Source: Squalus acanthias (lineage: Eukaryota). From it: a stretch of DNA of 64,000 nt. The notes under the pieces were generated by a model that was given only the letters and a program-made list of their open reading frames with translations, was not told the DNA's origin and searched no databases. The stretch is from positions 72,666,001-72,730,000 of the forward strand of contig CM059432.1 of NCBI GenBank assembly GCA_030390025.1, given 5' to 3'. Both the position numbers and the translations under genes were made by a program. Positions 37,802 to 49,419 of this stretch are shown here, piece after piece (the stretch's first letter is position 1; each line of letters starts with the position of its first letter).

Positions 37802-38095
37802 GAATTTAAATATGACAGATTTTTGGATGAAAATGGAAAAGAGAAGACCACATTCTACAAAAACGGTAGAAAGCTTAAGTACTATCTCATGCCTTTTGGT
37901 TCTGGTGTTAGTATGTGTCCTGGTCGCTATTTTGCAATCAATGAGATCAAACAGTTTCTGGCTTTACTACTATGTTATTATGACATGGAACTGCTTGATG
38001 CCTCAGCACCCACTCCACCCCTTGATAACTCAAGAGCTGGATTAGGAATTCTGCAGCCAACTCATGATGTTCAGTTCCGCTACCGGTTGAAATAA
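37802..38095 (+). CDS. CYP7A1: CYP7A1-like terminal exon 6 with heme-binding cysteine
   Basis: ctttcag|GAA TTT AAA TAT GAC AGA. Encodes [12 protein letters not shown]...[24 protein letters not shown]...[21 protein letters not shown]. Confidence 0.96.
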   Translation, partial: EFKYDRFLDENGKEKTTFYKNGRKLKYYLMPFGSGVSMCPGRYFAINEIKQFLALLLCYYDMELLDASAPTPPLDNSRAGLGILQPTHDVQFRYRLK

Positions 38096-38177
38096 TAACG
38101 GCATAGTGACTTCGCAGAAAGCTGGAATTTGGTACAATATCAAGTATAGAAATTTAATTTTTCTCCACTGAGGTCAA

Positions 38178-38183
38178 AATAAA
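38178..38183 (+). terminator. Candidate polyadenylation signal of the CYP7A1-like gene
   Basis: AATAAA about 80 nt after the stop codon, followed by a T/GT-rich tract. Confidence 0.4.
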
Positions 38184-38719
38184 AAATAATACATTTCTGT
38201 TTTGCATTCATATGCAAGCTTCTGTGAATATAATCGATTTTATTGTAATAATCCATTAAAATTTAAAAATTAGCAATTAGGTCTATCATCATACCTTTTT
38301 TTTAACTTTTCTACTACCAATTGAAATTCAATTCTTATGATACTGGCCTGAATTTGTGACCCCACCATTTGCAACGGAGCTGTTCTGGGATACTCATAAT
38401 CAGTAATGTCAATGGAAAGGCCTAACAGAGAGTCCACTTAAGGGTCTCTGTGTTGGTGACAATTTTTTTTAAGTTAAAGAAATATTTAGCAAGAGTTATT
38501 TTTCTAGTACATCAAAGGCCTACACTTTGAACAAAAACTATTCTTCTTACACTTTTCCTTTCCTTTAAAGAACTTTAATTTTGTTTCTTTTTCTAACAGT
38601 TAAAAGGAAAAAGCTTTCATTGAAGTAAACAAGGGAAGATATGCTTGGGACCTGGGCTGATATTCTCTGTCTGCTGGCTTTAAGGGTCCAAATCAAATGA
38701 GTCTGGGCAGTCTGTCCAT

Positions 38720-40430
38720 AGAATCATAGTATGTTATAATGTAGAAGTAGACCTTTTAGCCCATCAAATTTGTGCTAATGCTTTTTTCCAACATGAGTCA
38801 CCTAGAGTAATCCCACTCTCCTGTTTACTCCTCATAATCTTTAATAATCATTTTTATTAAGCAATGAATTTCCTTTCAAAGGAATTTCTGCTTCAACAAG
38901 TAAATTATGGCAGAGAATTCTACATTCTAACCACCCTCTGTGTAAAGAATTCTTTTCCAGCCTCCACTTCAATTTTTGTGTGATTATCCTAACTTTGTGC
39001 CCATCGCTGGAGCAGTGGAAACAACCTGTAACTATTTACCTTATCATAATCCTTCATAACCTTGAAGACCTCTATCAGGTCATCCTCTTAACATTATCAC
39101 CTCTAGTGAAACACCCTAACTTCTTAAGTCTCTCTTTATAACTATAATACCTCAGCCCTGGTAATATATTAGTGAATCTAAGAAGCACCTTTTTATTGCT
39201 TTAATATACTTCTTATAACAGGGTGCCCAAAACTATACATAATACTCCAACTGCAACCTAACTAAGGTCTTGAACAAATTAAATATTATTTACTTGCTTT
39301 TGCATTTTATGCCTATAGGTACAAAACTACTTGTATTCTACTTGCCTTTTTTAATGACCTTTGCTACTTGCACTCCCACCTTTAATGATCTCTGTCTTTG
39401 GACACCAAGGTCTCTCTACTCTATTTAAAATCTTACCATGTAAGATGTGTTTCCTTTCCCTGTTCTTACTTTCAAAATGTATTACTTCACATTTTTCTAT
39501 ATTGAACTGCATCTGGCCATCTTACTAGCATATCTATGTCCTGTAGTTTTTTCCAGAGTCCTCATCACAATTTGCCATACTCCTGAATTTGCTGTCATCA
39601 GTAAATGTGAATATTGTCCCCTTAGTTCTTAAATCCAGATAATTTATGTATTTATTAAATAAAAGCAGTCCCAACAGATCTCTGTGGAACACCATTCATA
39701 ATATCTTTCCTGTACAAGAAATTTCTTTTAACCCACACCCTGTTTTCTGCCCTCCAACCATCTCCCCTATCCATGTGGCTGCAATCGCCTTTATTCCTCG
39801 CCTTAATTCTATCTTTGCCACAATCTCTTAAGTGGTACGTTATCAATGCTGTTTGAAAATCCATATGAATCACTCCCATTGCTTTCCCTTTATCTGTCCT
39901 GTCTGTTATTTCTTCAAAAAATTCTATAAGGTTGGTCAAGCATGACCTGAATTTTAGAATTCCATGCTGATTAGCCCTGATTATTTCATAATTCTCCAAA
40001 TGCTTCATAATTTCATCCCACATTATAGACTCTAGTAGTTTAGCAACAACAGAAGTAAGACTAACTATTCTGTAATTTCCAGCTTATCCACATCTCATTT
40101 TTAGAGAAGAAAAGTCACATTTGTTATCTCCAATCCTCTGGCACACGTTTTCTTTCTGCACAGTTTTGGAAAATTATGCTCACAGTCTCTGCTATTTTTT
40201 CTCTAGCTTCCCTCATGATCCTCATAGGTAAATCATTAGGTCCTGGTGATTTGTCTACTTTAAGTTATAGTAACATTTTTCCTACCATTTGTATAGTAAC
40301 CTCCACTAACTGTTCTGCGCCATCTCTGGTGCTTTTACAATCCCAATATCCACCTCCTCTGAAAACTGAGGCAAAGTGCTTATTAGTACCTCTGCCATTC
40401 CCTCAGCCTCCACTACAAACTTGCCTCCTT
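38720..40430 (-). mobile_element. Decayed CR1 LINE downstream of the CYP7 3'UTR
   Basis: ORF 39655-40023 NQHGI..SCLTNLIEFFEEIT..MDFQTA. Confidence 0.75.
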
Positions 40431-41401
40431 CATCTCTCCAGTTCCTGGAGGGCATGGTCCAGAGGTCAAAACTGCCTCTAATTTGATACTAATTGGCAAT
40501 GTTAGCTATCTAACACAAGATTGCTGGTGTGGGAAATGGAAAAAATATATAAAAGGTGCACTTTTCTGAGGTAGGCAACGAAACATATTGCTGGGTAGAG
40601 CAGAGAAAACTTTGCATCTCATAGCTGACCTGGGAATGCTTGGTGGTAGTGACACTGGATGACTGAAATGGAGAATGGTTCATTCTCCAGCACAACATTT
40701 CTCAACTTGATGAGTACAAAATTCACACAAAAAGAAAAAAATCTAAAAGAGTTAGAATTAGTTTTCTATCCTCTTAAAAATAAGGTAGTAACTTGTACAC
40801 AAGTATGACTTTGGGTCCTAATTGAAAAGCAACTACAAAATAAAGGATATTAAACTAGTACATTAAATTTTAAGGTAAATGGTGTATGCTGCACTTATTT
40901 GGGAGTGAGTTTTACCAGTTCTTGGTAGTTACTAATAGAATTCCAGTGTGCCAAGATTCTCCATCTGGGGAAGAGAAGCAACGACAGTCAGCGCGCTCTG
41001 ATGGAAGTGTCAACCAGCTGCAGGGTGGCATTCAGGGTAGTCATAAAATACTTCATAACACAGACTATCCTTTTCTTCTGGCTGAAGGATGTTCTATTGT
41101 GATGCACAACTGTTGAGGGAAAAGTAGGAAGACGATACGGATTAAAATGTGAAATGCATGAAAATGTTGCATTGTGAGATTTGTTTTGCCAGCTTTAAAA
41201 TGCTTTGAAGCACTTGTATTCTGATTTGCATGAATATATATTCATTATTTTTACTGCACAGTAGCAATGCAAGTGCATAGTACTTTGAAATGTATCAATT
41301 ATTATGGATGTTGTATTCATTAAGGTCATTGCAATTCAAATGGTAATCAATAAATGATGTACATCTTAAGATATAAAATGTCTCAGCATCATTTCTTTCA
41401 C

Positions 41402-41541
41402 GAATTGCTTGATGCCTCAGCAGCACCCTTTGACAGCTCAAAGGCAGAACTTGGAATTGTGTGGCCAACTCGTGATGTTCAGTTCTATTACTGGATGAAA
41501 TAATAATGACGTAGCAAACTAATGAAAAGTTGAAAATTGGC
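41402..41541 (+). pseudogene. Degenerate duplicate of the 3' end of CYP7 exon 6 and the start of the 3'UTR
   Basis: Translates ELLDASAAPFDSSKAELGIVWPTRDVQFYYWMK*, versus [35 protein letters not shown] in exon 6. Same TAATAA stop context and similar downstream UTR. Confidence 0.88.
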
Positions 41542-42149
41542 GTAAAGGTGATAAGATGCAATATTAGGATGAATCACTGGATTTCTAAAGAAATTATTTC
41601 CAGTATTTCAGAGAGCTTTTAAAAAAAATGTTTTTCTTTTTTATCATTTTGGTTTTTCCATCAACACTTAGATCAAGAAAATATAACTTTTCTCAAAATT
41701 AAATATGTGGGAGAAATAATGACATAACAATGCAAGTTGGCTATACAAGGCATAAATATGTGATAACTGCACCCCAGTATATGATTTAAGGGTTTATTGA
41801 GATACTGTATTGAAAATCATACTCAGCAAATTTATCCACTGAGTACCCGAGCCATTTAAACCTGAAAGTTCCAGGTTCAGTCTTGGCTGTGCTGAGTTTG
41901 CTGACCTCAGCTGGGGCTGTGACAATCCAACTTCAAGAACCTGAGATAGAGAAGGGGGAAAATGGTCAAGGTTTCTACTCCTGATCGTTATCCTACAACT
42001 CCTGCTGAAAGTCCATGTGTGTGGACATGGGGTAAGGACTGGATCAGGCTTAACTGTGATTCCTTACCTCAGTGCCAACACTCACCACCAAGGCTCACAC
42101 AACAATAGTGGATACTTGGGCAAGGTACCAGAGAGCAACCCACACCCAA

Positions 42150-43445
42150 CAACAACTTGTATTTATATAGTGCCTTTACCGTAGTAAAACGTCCCAAGGC
42201 GCTTCACAGGAGCATTATAAGACAAAAAAATTGTCACTGAGCTACATAAGGAGAAATATGGGCAGATGACCAAAAGCTTGGTCAAAGAGGTAGGTTTTAA
42301 GGAGCATCTTAAAGGAGGCAAGAGGTAGAGAGGCGGAGAGGTCTAGGGAGAGAATACCAGGGCTTAGGGCCTTAGCAGCTGAAGGCACGGTCGCCAATGG
42401 TTGAGCGATTATAATCAGGGATTCTCAAGAATTAGAGGAGTGCAGATATCTCGGGGGGTTGTGGGACTGGAGGAGATTACAGTGATAGGGAGGGACGAGA
42501 TCATGGAGGGATTTGAAAACAAGGATGAAAATTTTAAAATCGAGGCGTTGCTTAACCGGGAACCAATGAAGGTCAGCGAGCACAGGGACGATGGGTGAAC
42601 GGGACTTGGTGCGATTTAGGACACAGGCAGCTGACCCATGAACCATAACCTTGCAAAGCGATAATGAGGTTGTTTTTCCTCATATGCTGCAAGTCAGGTC
42701 TAACTAGTTAAGAACTGGTGCTAATTCCACCTGACTGGTGATGTGTTCATAGCACTCAAACATCCTGGGTCAGATAATTGGAGCTTTATTCATAGACCCA
42801 GATGCAGACTGGGGCACCCTTGGCATCCTATTTGACCTTGCGCTGAGCTTCCATCCCCATATCCTCTCCATCATCAAAACCATCTACTTCCATCTCCAAA
42901 ACATCGCCCGTCTCCTCCCCTGCCTCAGCTCATCTGCTGCTGAAACACTCATTCATGCCTTTGTTACGTCTAGACTTGACTATTCCAATTCTCTCCTGGC
43001 CGGCCTCCCACCTTGCACCCTACATAAACTTGAGCTCATCCAAAACTTTGCTGCCCGTATCCTAACTCACACCAAGTGCCGTTCGCCCACCACCTCTGTG
43101 CTTGCTGACCTATATTGGCTCCCAGTCTGGCAACGCTCGATTTTAAAATTCTCATCCTTGTTTTCAAATCCCTCCCTATCTCTGTAACTTCGTCCAGCCC
43201 GACAAGCCTTCGAGATTTCTGTGCTCCTCCAATTCTGGGCTCTTGCGCATCCCCGATTTTAATTGCTCCACCATTGGCGGCTGTGCTTTCAGCTGCATTG
43301 GTCCTAAGCTCTGGAATTCCCTCTCTAAACCTCTCCGCCTCTCTACCTCTCTCCTCCTTTAAGATGCTCCTTAAAACCTACCTCTTTGACCAAGCTTTTG
43401 GTCATTTGCTACATTAAAGGCACTATATAAATGCAAGTTGTTGCT
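42150..43445. mobile_element. Two oppositely oriented L2 LINE 3' fragments (- 42150-42630; + 42820-43445)
   Basis: VLADLHWFPVKQRLDFKIFILVFKSLH; AETLIHAFVTSRLDYSNSLLAG; tails ending ggcactatataaat(a/g)caagttg. Confidence 0.85.
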
Positions 43446-43523
43446 GTTATTGTTGTCAGAGAAATGAGACGAACAAAAGGGTCTTGAAACAGACAAATGT
43501 TTCCATTTACCATCCAAAACATG

Positions 43524-46500
43524 GGGCTGGATTTTCTGAGTGGAGGCGGGTTGGCGGCGGGAATGTTAGTTGCCGGGTTCCGGTCCTGCTCCCGGTTCCA
43601 GCCGGTCTGCTGACACAATTTTCTGTTGATTGGGCTCGTTAAGCCTGCCGTGTGCGTTACCTGGCCTGATCACAAGGTGCGGGTCTGCTGAGCTGTTGTG
43701 ATGACGAGTTTGCAGCAGGTGTATTTAAGGGGGCCGTGTCCCCATTAGCTCTCACTTCGTTTTTGATGCTCCTGAGTGCTGGTGCTTTCAACAATGTCTG
43801 CAGAGACCAAAGGCTGCTCCCCTCCATGTTCTTGTGGAGGGAGTCAGAGGACATAGGGAGGTACTATTCCCAGGAATGGAAGAAGGAAATCTCCTCAGCA
43901 GCCTGGCTGCAAATAGCTGAGGAGGTAACTGCAAGGTGTCTATTCAGTCGCACCCGGGTCCAATGTAGGAAGAGGTTTAGTGATCTCTTGCGTTCTGGAA
44001 AAGTGAGCATAAAAGCAAACTTACCTTAATTCTGCTGTGCCTGACATCACACCCCATCACTCTGCAGTGCCAACCCTACTCCTGCACATCCTAACTCACC
44101 CCAACATCCCTTGCACCATCACCCATCCGTCTCTCCCTAATCACATCCCCATCTTACTATGCACCCCTCACACCCACCCTCAATATTATGCAATGACAAC
44201 AAATAACAACTCAAAAGGAGGAAACTTGGTAATGGGAACCCGCTCCATCATAGTCTCCCTCTAAATATCTATCCTATCCACTCTTTACACTCATTCCATC
44301 ACTCTCACTGAAACTCCACCTCTTTCCCTCATTGCAGGAAAAGAGAGCCCACAATAAGAGGGAGAGGGAGAGAACAGGAGTAGGACTACCATCGTTCTCA
44401 CAGGTCACCCACCCTGAGGAGGCGACTCTCGACATTGCGGGAACAATTGAAGAGTTCGAAGTGGGGGACGGAGAGAGGGGCTCAGTAGAACAATCTGGTG
44501 ACAATAATTTTCCATCCATCTTATTTGGCATTCATGAGTGACTCATATGGGATCTGATGTCAATGGAAATTGAATGCTCATCATATGCACAATGGGATGT
44601 CTCTGCAATCTACATATCACATGTCTAACTCATTTCTTTACTCTCCCACAGGACCATCAAGAGCCCCCTTCCTACTGTACAGGAGGAAGAGCAGGAGGAC
44701 TCTTCAGAGGATGCTGCATCCTCTGAGGGAGCAGCACCAACAGAAAGGCGCGCACCCAGCACCAGCGCAGAGACGCACACCTCGGTGGGTCATATGCGAG
44801 ATAGAGTAGTGTTGTCACTTAGTGTATCACAACTCAAGTGAGCAAGAGCAGATGGTGGAGACAGGGACAGCAGTGGAGAGTCCTCGTCGGAGGCCACAGG
44901 ACGCTCCTAGCTCTGCTCAGCTGCATGCAGACGCTGAGCCTCGGGGGCCATCCAGAAAGGGAGCAGTGCTGGAGCTTCAGGAACAAGTGCAGGAGGCTCT
45001 GACTGGGTTTGCAACCACAGTGACTGCAAGTGAGCAGAGAATGGAGGAGTCCATCTCAAATATGAGCAACGCCATGGCGCACGCAATGGCAAATGTAGGT
45101 ACTGCCATGGAAAGGATGGCCACCTCCATGGAGGACATAAATCGCCAGACTCAGAACAACATGGTAACACTTCTAAATAGATGGTCAGCTATGGAGGATA
45201 GATGGGCATCTATCACGGAGAGGAACCTGAGGTTCATAGACGTCCCCATTATGAGGAATGTCAGTACAGAGACGGGTCCTCATGGCCCCACTGATGTGCA
45301 GCAAGGTGCTCTCCAGCTACTTGCTAGCAGAGAAGTGTGGGTGGCCCATGAGAGGGATGATGGTGGGAGGGGGCATGCAAGTGGGGGCTCCTCTCAAAGC
45401 GCTCAAACTGCCATCCCCTTGCCAACCCCTCGGTCAGAGCCCCAGATGCCTCCCCGAACAATGATGGCCGAGTCTGTCCCTGTGCAGCTGCAGGAGGAGC
45501 AGACTTTGGCAGGGCCTCACAGGCTCCAAAATCCAGAGGACGACCGCCAAAGGCGTCTAAGCAGGCGCAGCAGGGAAGTGAGCAGGCTGCCTCTACATCT
45601 GCTGAAGCCACAGGGGTAGCACCATGTAGAAGCGTAAGAGAAAGCTGCCACATAAATAATCACAAGGGTACTCACTGGGGTGTTCTGCTAGAAATCAGTG
45701 TTAAGTTTATGTTCTTTTATTCTGTTGTAATAAATTACTGTTCTGTGATTGTTTGAACTCGTTGCCATATGTGTGGTCACAATTTGAAGTGGCACAGTGA
45801 AGGATGCGGGTGCCTTTTATGTCCAGCAATGGTGGTGACAGTGCAAGGAATTCACAGATCATTGTAGAGATGCTCTATGGTGTTGAAGTGTGGTCATGGC
45901 AATCTTCATGTGCATGTGGCAGATGCAAAGAAGTTGAGGGTGATGGTGACTTTGACAGCCACTGGTAAGGCGTGTCCACCTGGTCCTCTGAACTGCAGGT
46001 CTTAATCTAGCATTATGCAAATGTCTGTGACTACCTGTCGCAAAAGTCTCAGCCTCCTTTGGCACTGCTGCTCAGTCATGTTGAGGAAGCTCATCTTCTG
46101 CCTGTAAACCCTGTGTTGGGGGTATCTCCTGCGGCGCAGAGCAGCCCTGCACTGATGCCCTCTGCCCTGTGCAGCATCAGATGGTTGAGGAGAAGGTTGG
46201 CGCTCTTGTTGGTGCCACTGGTGTGCCTGGTTCTGCTGCTGATCCTCCTCAGATTCTGAGGACCAGGATAAGAGTATAAAGCATTCCCATTCTGCTGTTA
46301 TATATGGCAGTTGAGGATGAGATGTTATAAGCATTCAGTCAATGGGGAGAGAGGTTATTCCAAGGAGGTGACTGTGCATATAGATTAGCACCACACACTT
46401 ACAGCCTCAAGACAGATCAAATGTGTCTTCCCAATCCTGAAATCAGCAACCTCTGACATTTGAAAGTGACCAGATGTGAGAGTTCAGCTTTTATACTGCA

Positions 46501-46822
46501 GTTGCATCTGTGAACTATTCAGCTCGTTGGTACTCCCGACATATTCACCTGACGTGGTCTCTGAACATCGTGAAACCCGTTGAAAATGTGGGAAAATAGG
46601 AAAAGGCTGTCAAAATAGCAGTTAACAAGCACTTAACAAGGAGTTAAGTGTCTTAAATCCCTCACCTTGGTGTCGGGTCTGTTGGAAATCGCAGACCCGA
46701 CACTTTGGAAACTCACACGGAGGCGGGATTGTGGCGGGTTTCCAACCTGCCGTCAATCAACTCAAATTTAACAGCTGACCCGCCTCCGAACCTGCCCTCT
46801 GAGCGCCGGCAAAATCGCGGCC
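43524..46822. mobile_element. Harbinger element C: Myb pseudogene (+; exons 43794-44002, 44338-44497, 44652-~45660) and 5' remnant of transposase (-; 46290-~45920)
   Basis: atg|gggctggatttt ... aaaatcgcggcc|atg (TSD ATG); proteins homologous to B and D; catalytic core deleted. Confidence 0.9.
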
Positions 46823-48109
46823 ATGGTGTCAAGGCCACTAATTCAGAGATATGTCGTCTGGCTAGATAATCAATATCTGGGGATGGGCATTTTAGCTAGT
46901 GCTACTGTCTTGTATAGTGATCCAAGGTTGAGAAAAAGAAAGGTAATTGAGTATCTTCCCAATGACATGTTCTAATTGGAATCTGGCTGTTACAGTTTCC
47001 TGACATGTCCATTTATTGTGAACGACGTCTAAAAGGGAATCCACATGGTAAAAGAAAGCACCTTGCATGATCACATAAGAAAAAAATAGGAAAATTAGTC
47101 TCACCTTTTGTAATCAAAAATGTAAAATCAGAAAATTTGGAGAAAGGATTGGAACAATCCAAAAAATTGTTTGGTTAAAGTGACCCATTAACCAATCAGT
47201 GAGATAGCATAATACGTGCAAGTTTCGCTATCCCAGGAAAAGAAAATAATGTTTGAAGAGGGATGGAATACCATGTGGACAGACTGAGATTAATCCCCAG
47301 GTGTTCCTGCAGGTGAATGCGAGAGGGAGGCAGAACCACCCAACTCTTATCACAACCAGTCCCGGAAGGGCAAGGTTATATATAAATAACCAAAGGATAA
47401 TATTATCCAAAGCTAGCAGCTTACCAACAATGCAGTGAAGTAGACTTTAAATGTAATTCTCATATCCATACAATAATCTTAGACAGCAGTGTTGTTCTGC
47501 TGTATAAAGTAGAGCCACCTATGGTTGAAATAATGTGAAACACTTAAAACTATGGTTGAGAATGTAACAATTTAAACTAATTGGGCTGGATTTTGCCAGG
47601 CCCGATGAGGCGAGTTTGAAGGCGGGTCAGGTGGGAAAGTTGCCAAAAATGGCATTCGGCTCCGATCCCGCCTCCGACCCGCCTCTGAGCAACTTTCCCA
47701 AATGCGGGCTTGCAGACCCCGTTTCAGTCCCGCCTCCAAGAGGCGGGATAGGCCCTTAAGGCACTTAACAACCACTTAAGTACCTCTATAATGCCATTTT
47801 GAGAGGCCTTTCAGAGTTTACCACATTTCCCGCGTGCTGCACGTCTCCCCTGGAACACGGCAGTTAATCCTGTCGGGTTCACAAGTGGATGGCTTACTAA
47901 CAGCTGCAGCTCCACCATAAAAATTGAGTTTTCCACAATGATCATTTGCAGGTGGCAGAACTTTCTTTTCTCAGGTCTGGGAGAACTTTTTGCATGTCTA
48001 CTGATTTTGGAAGTTTTGAAGCTGAGATCCATCTCCACTGTGACCTCCTGGGAAACCCCTCTCCCCACTTTGACTGAGCGCTTCCTCAACTGAGGTATAT
48101 ACCTGCAGC

Positions 48110-49164
48110 ATGGGAACCATTTATTTCCTTTCCTCCTGGACCTCAGATTCAGATGAAGACCAGCCGCGGCAGCAGCAGAACCCGGAACAACAGCAGCACC
48201 AACAGCAGGAGCAACAACAGGAGCGCCAACCTGCTGCTCACCCACCTGAAGCTGCACAGGCCAGAAGGTGCCAGCGCAGGGAAGGACGTCGCCGCAGGAG
48301 ATACCCCCAAAACAGGGTTTACAGACAGAGAATGAGCTACCTCAACATGACTGAGCAGCAGTGCCAAAGGAGGCTCAGACTTTTGCGAGAGGTAGTGGGT
48401 GACATCTGCACAATGCTGCAGCAAGACCTGGAGCCCAGAGGAGCGGGTGGACACCCCTTACCAGTGGCCATCAAAGTCACCACCGCACTCAACTTTTTTG
48501 CTTCAGGCTCATTCCAGGGATCAACAGCAGACATCAGCGGCATCTCCCAGGCGGCCGCACACACTTGCATCACGCAGGTAACCGATGCCCTCTTTGCCAA
48601 CGCGCACAATTACATCAACTTCCCCAAGGATCAAGCAAGTGTAACCGCGCGTGCGGTTGGATTTTCTAATCTGGCAGGCTTTCCAAGGGTGCAGGGTGTC
48701 ATAGACTGCACACATGTGGTCCTTAAGGCACCCCATCACAATCCAGGTATTTTTGTCAACCGCAAGGGCTTCCACTCCCTCAGCGTGCAGCTGGTGTGTA
48801 ACCACAATAAGGAAATTTTGCATGTTTGCGCCAAGTAACCAGATCCATTATTGAGCAAACCATCGGCTTGCTGAAGATGCGATTCAGATGCCTTGAGAGA
48901 TCAGGTGGAGCTCTGCAGTACTCAGCAGCCAGGGTCTCCAGAATCATTGTGGTCTGCTGTGCACTTCACAACATGGTACAGCATCGTGGCTTGCAGCTGC
49001 CTGAGGTACAAGTGGCTCATCGCATAGCCTCCTCAGATGAGGAGGAGGAGGAGGAGAGCGAGAACAAAGAGCTTGCGGAGGTGCATCAACCAGCGGCAGC
49101 AGCACGCGAGAACATTGCTGCCCGGGATGCAAGGGATGCACTGATCTTAGCCAGATTTGCTTAG
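48110..49164 (+). pseudogene. Harbinger transposase of element D with an internal deletion removing the second catalytic Asp region
   Basis: Open 242 aa to HVCAK*, then jumps to [19 protein letters not shown]; the [13 protein letters not shown] segment seen in B is absent. Confidence 0.93.
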
Positions 49165-49419
49165 GCTGCCCAATCAAACACATTTGGCTCGCACCTTCTT
49201 ACCACACCATCGACAATAGACTAGAACCTGCGGCTTCGTATCACTCTGACCACCATACTGACAATTCCAAGTCGCCCTGAACCCTCAATGTGGAAGTCCC
49301 ATTTGCGAAATGACACAGCCCACAACTTCAACAATTTACCATCAAGTCATTTTATAACATTAATTCACGGATGGCATTTCACAATTAAACACAACAGAAC
49401 ACCCAAGTGACTACCCTTG

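Noticed and set aside
48110..49164. Domesticated HARBI1 gene
   Set aside because: It is flanked by TIRs and a TSD, is multi-copy in the window and has a deleted catalytic core, so it is a transposon copy.
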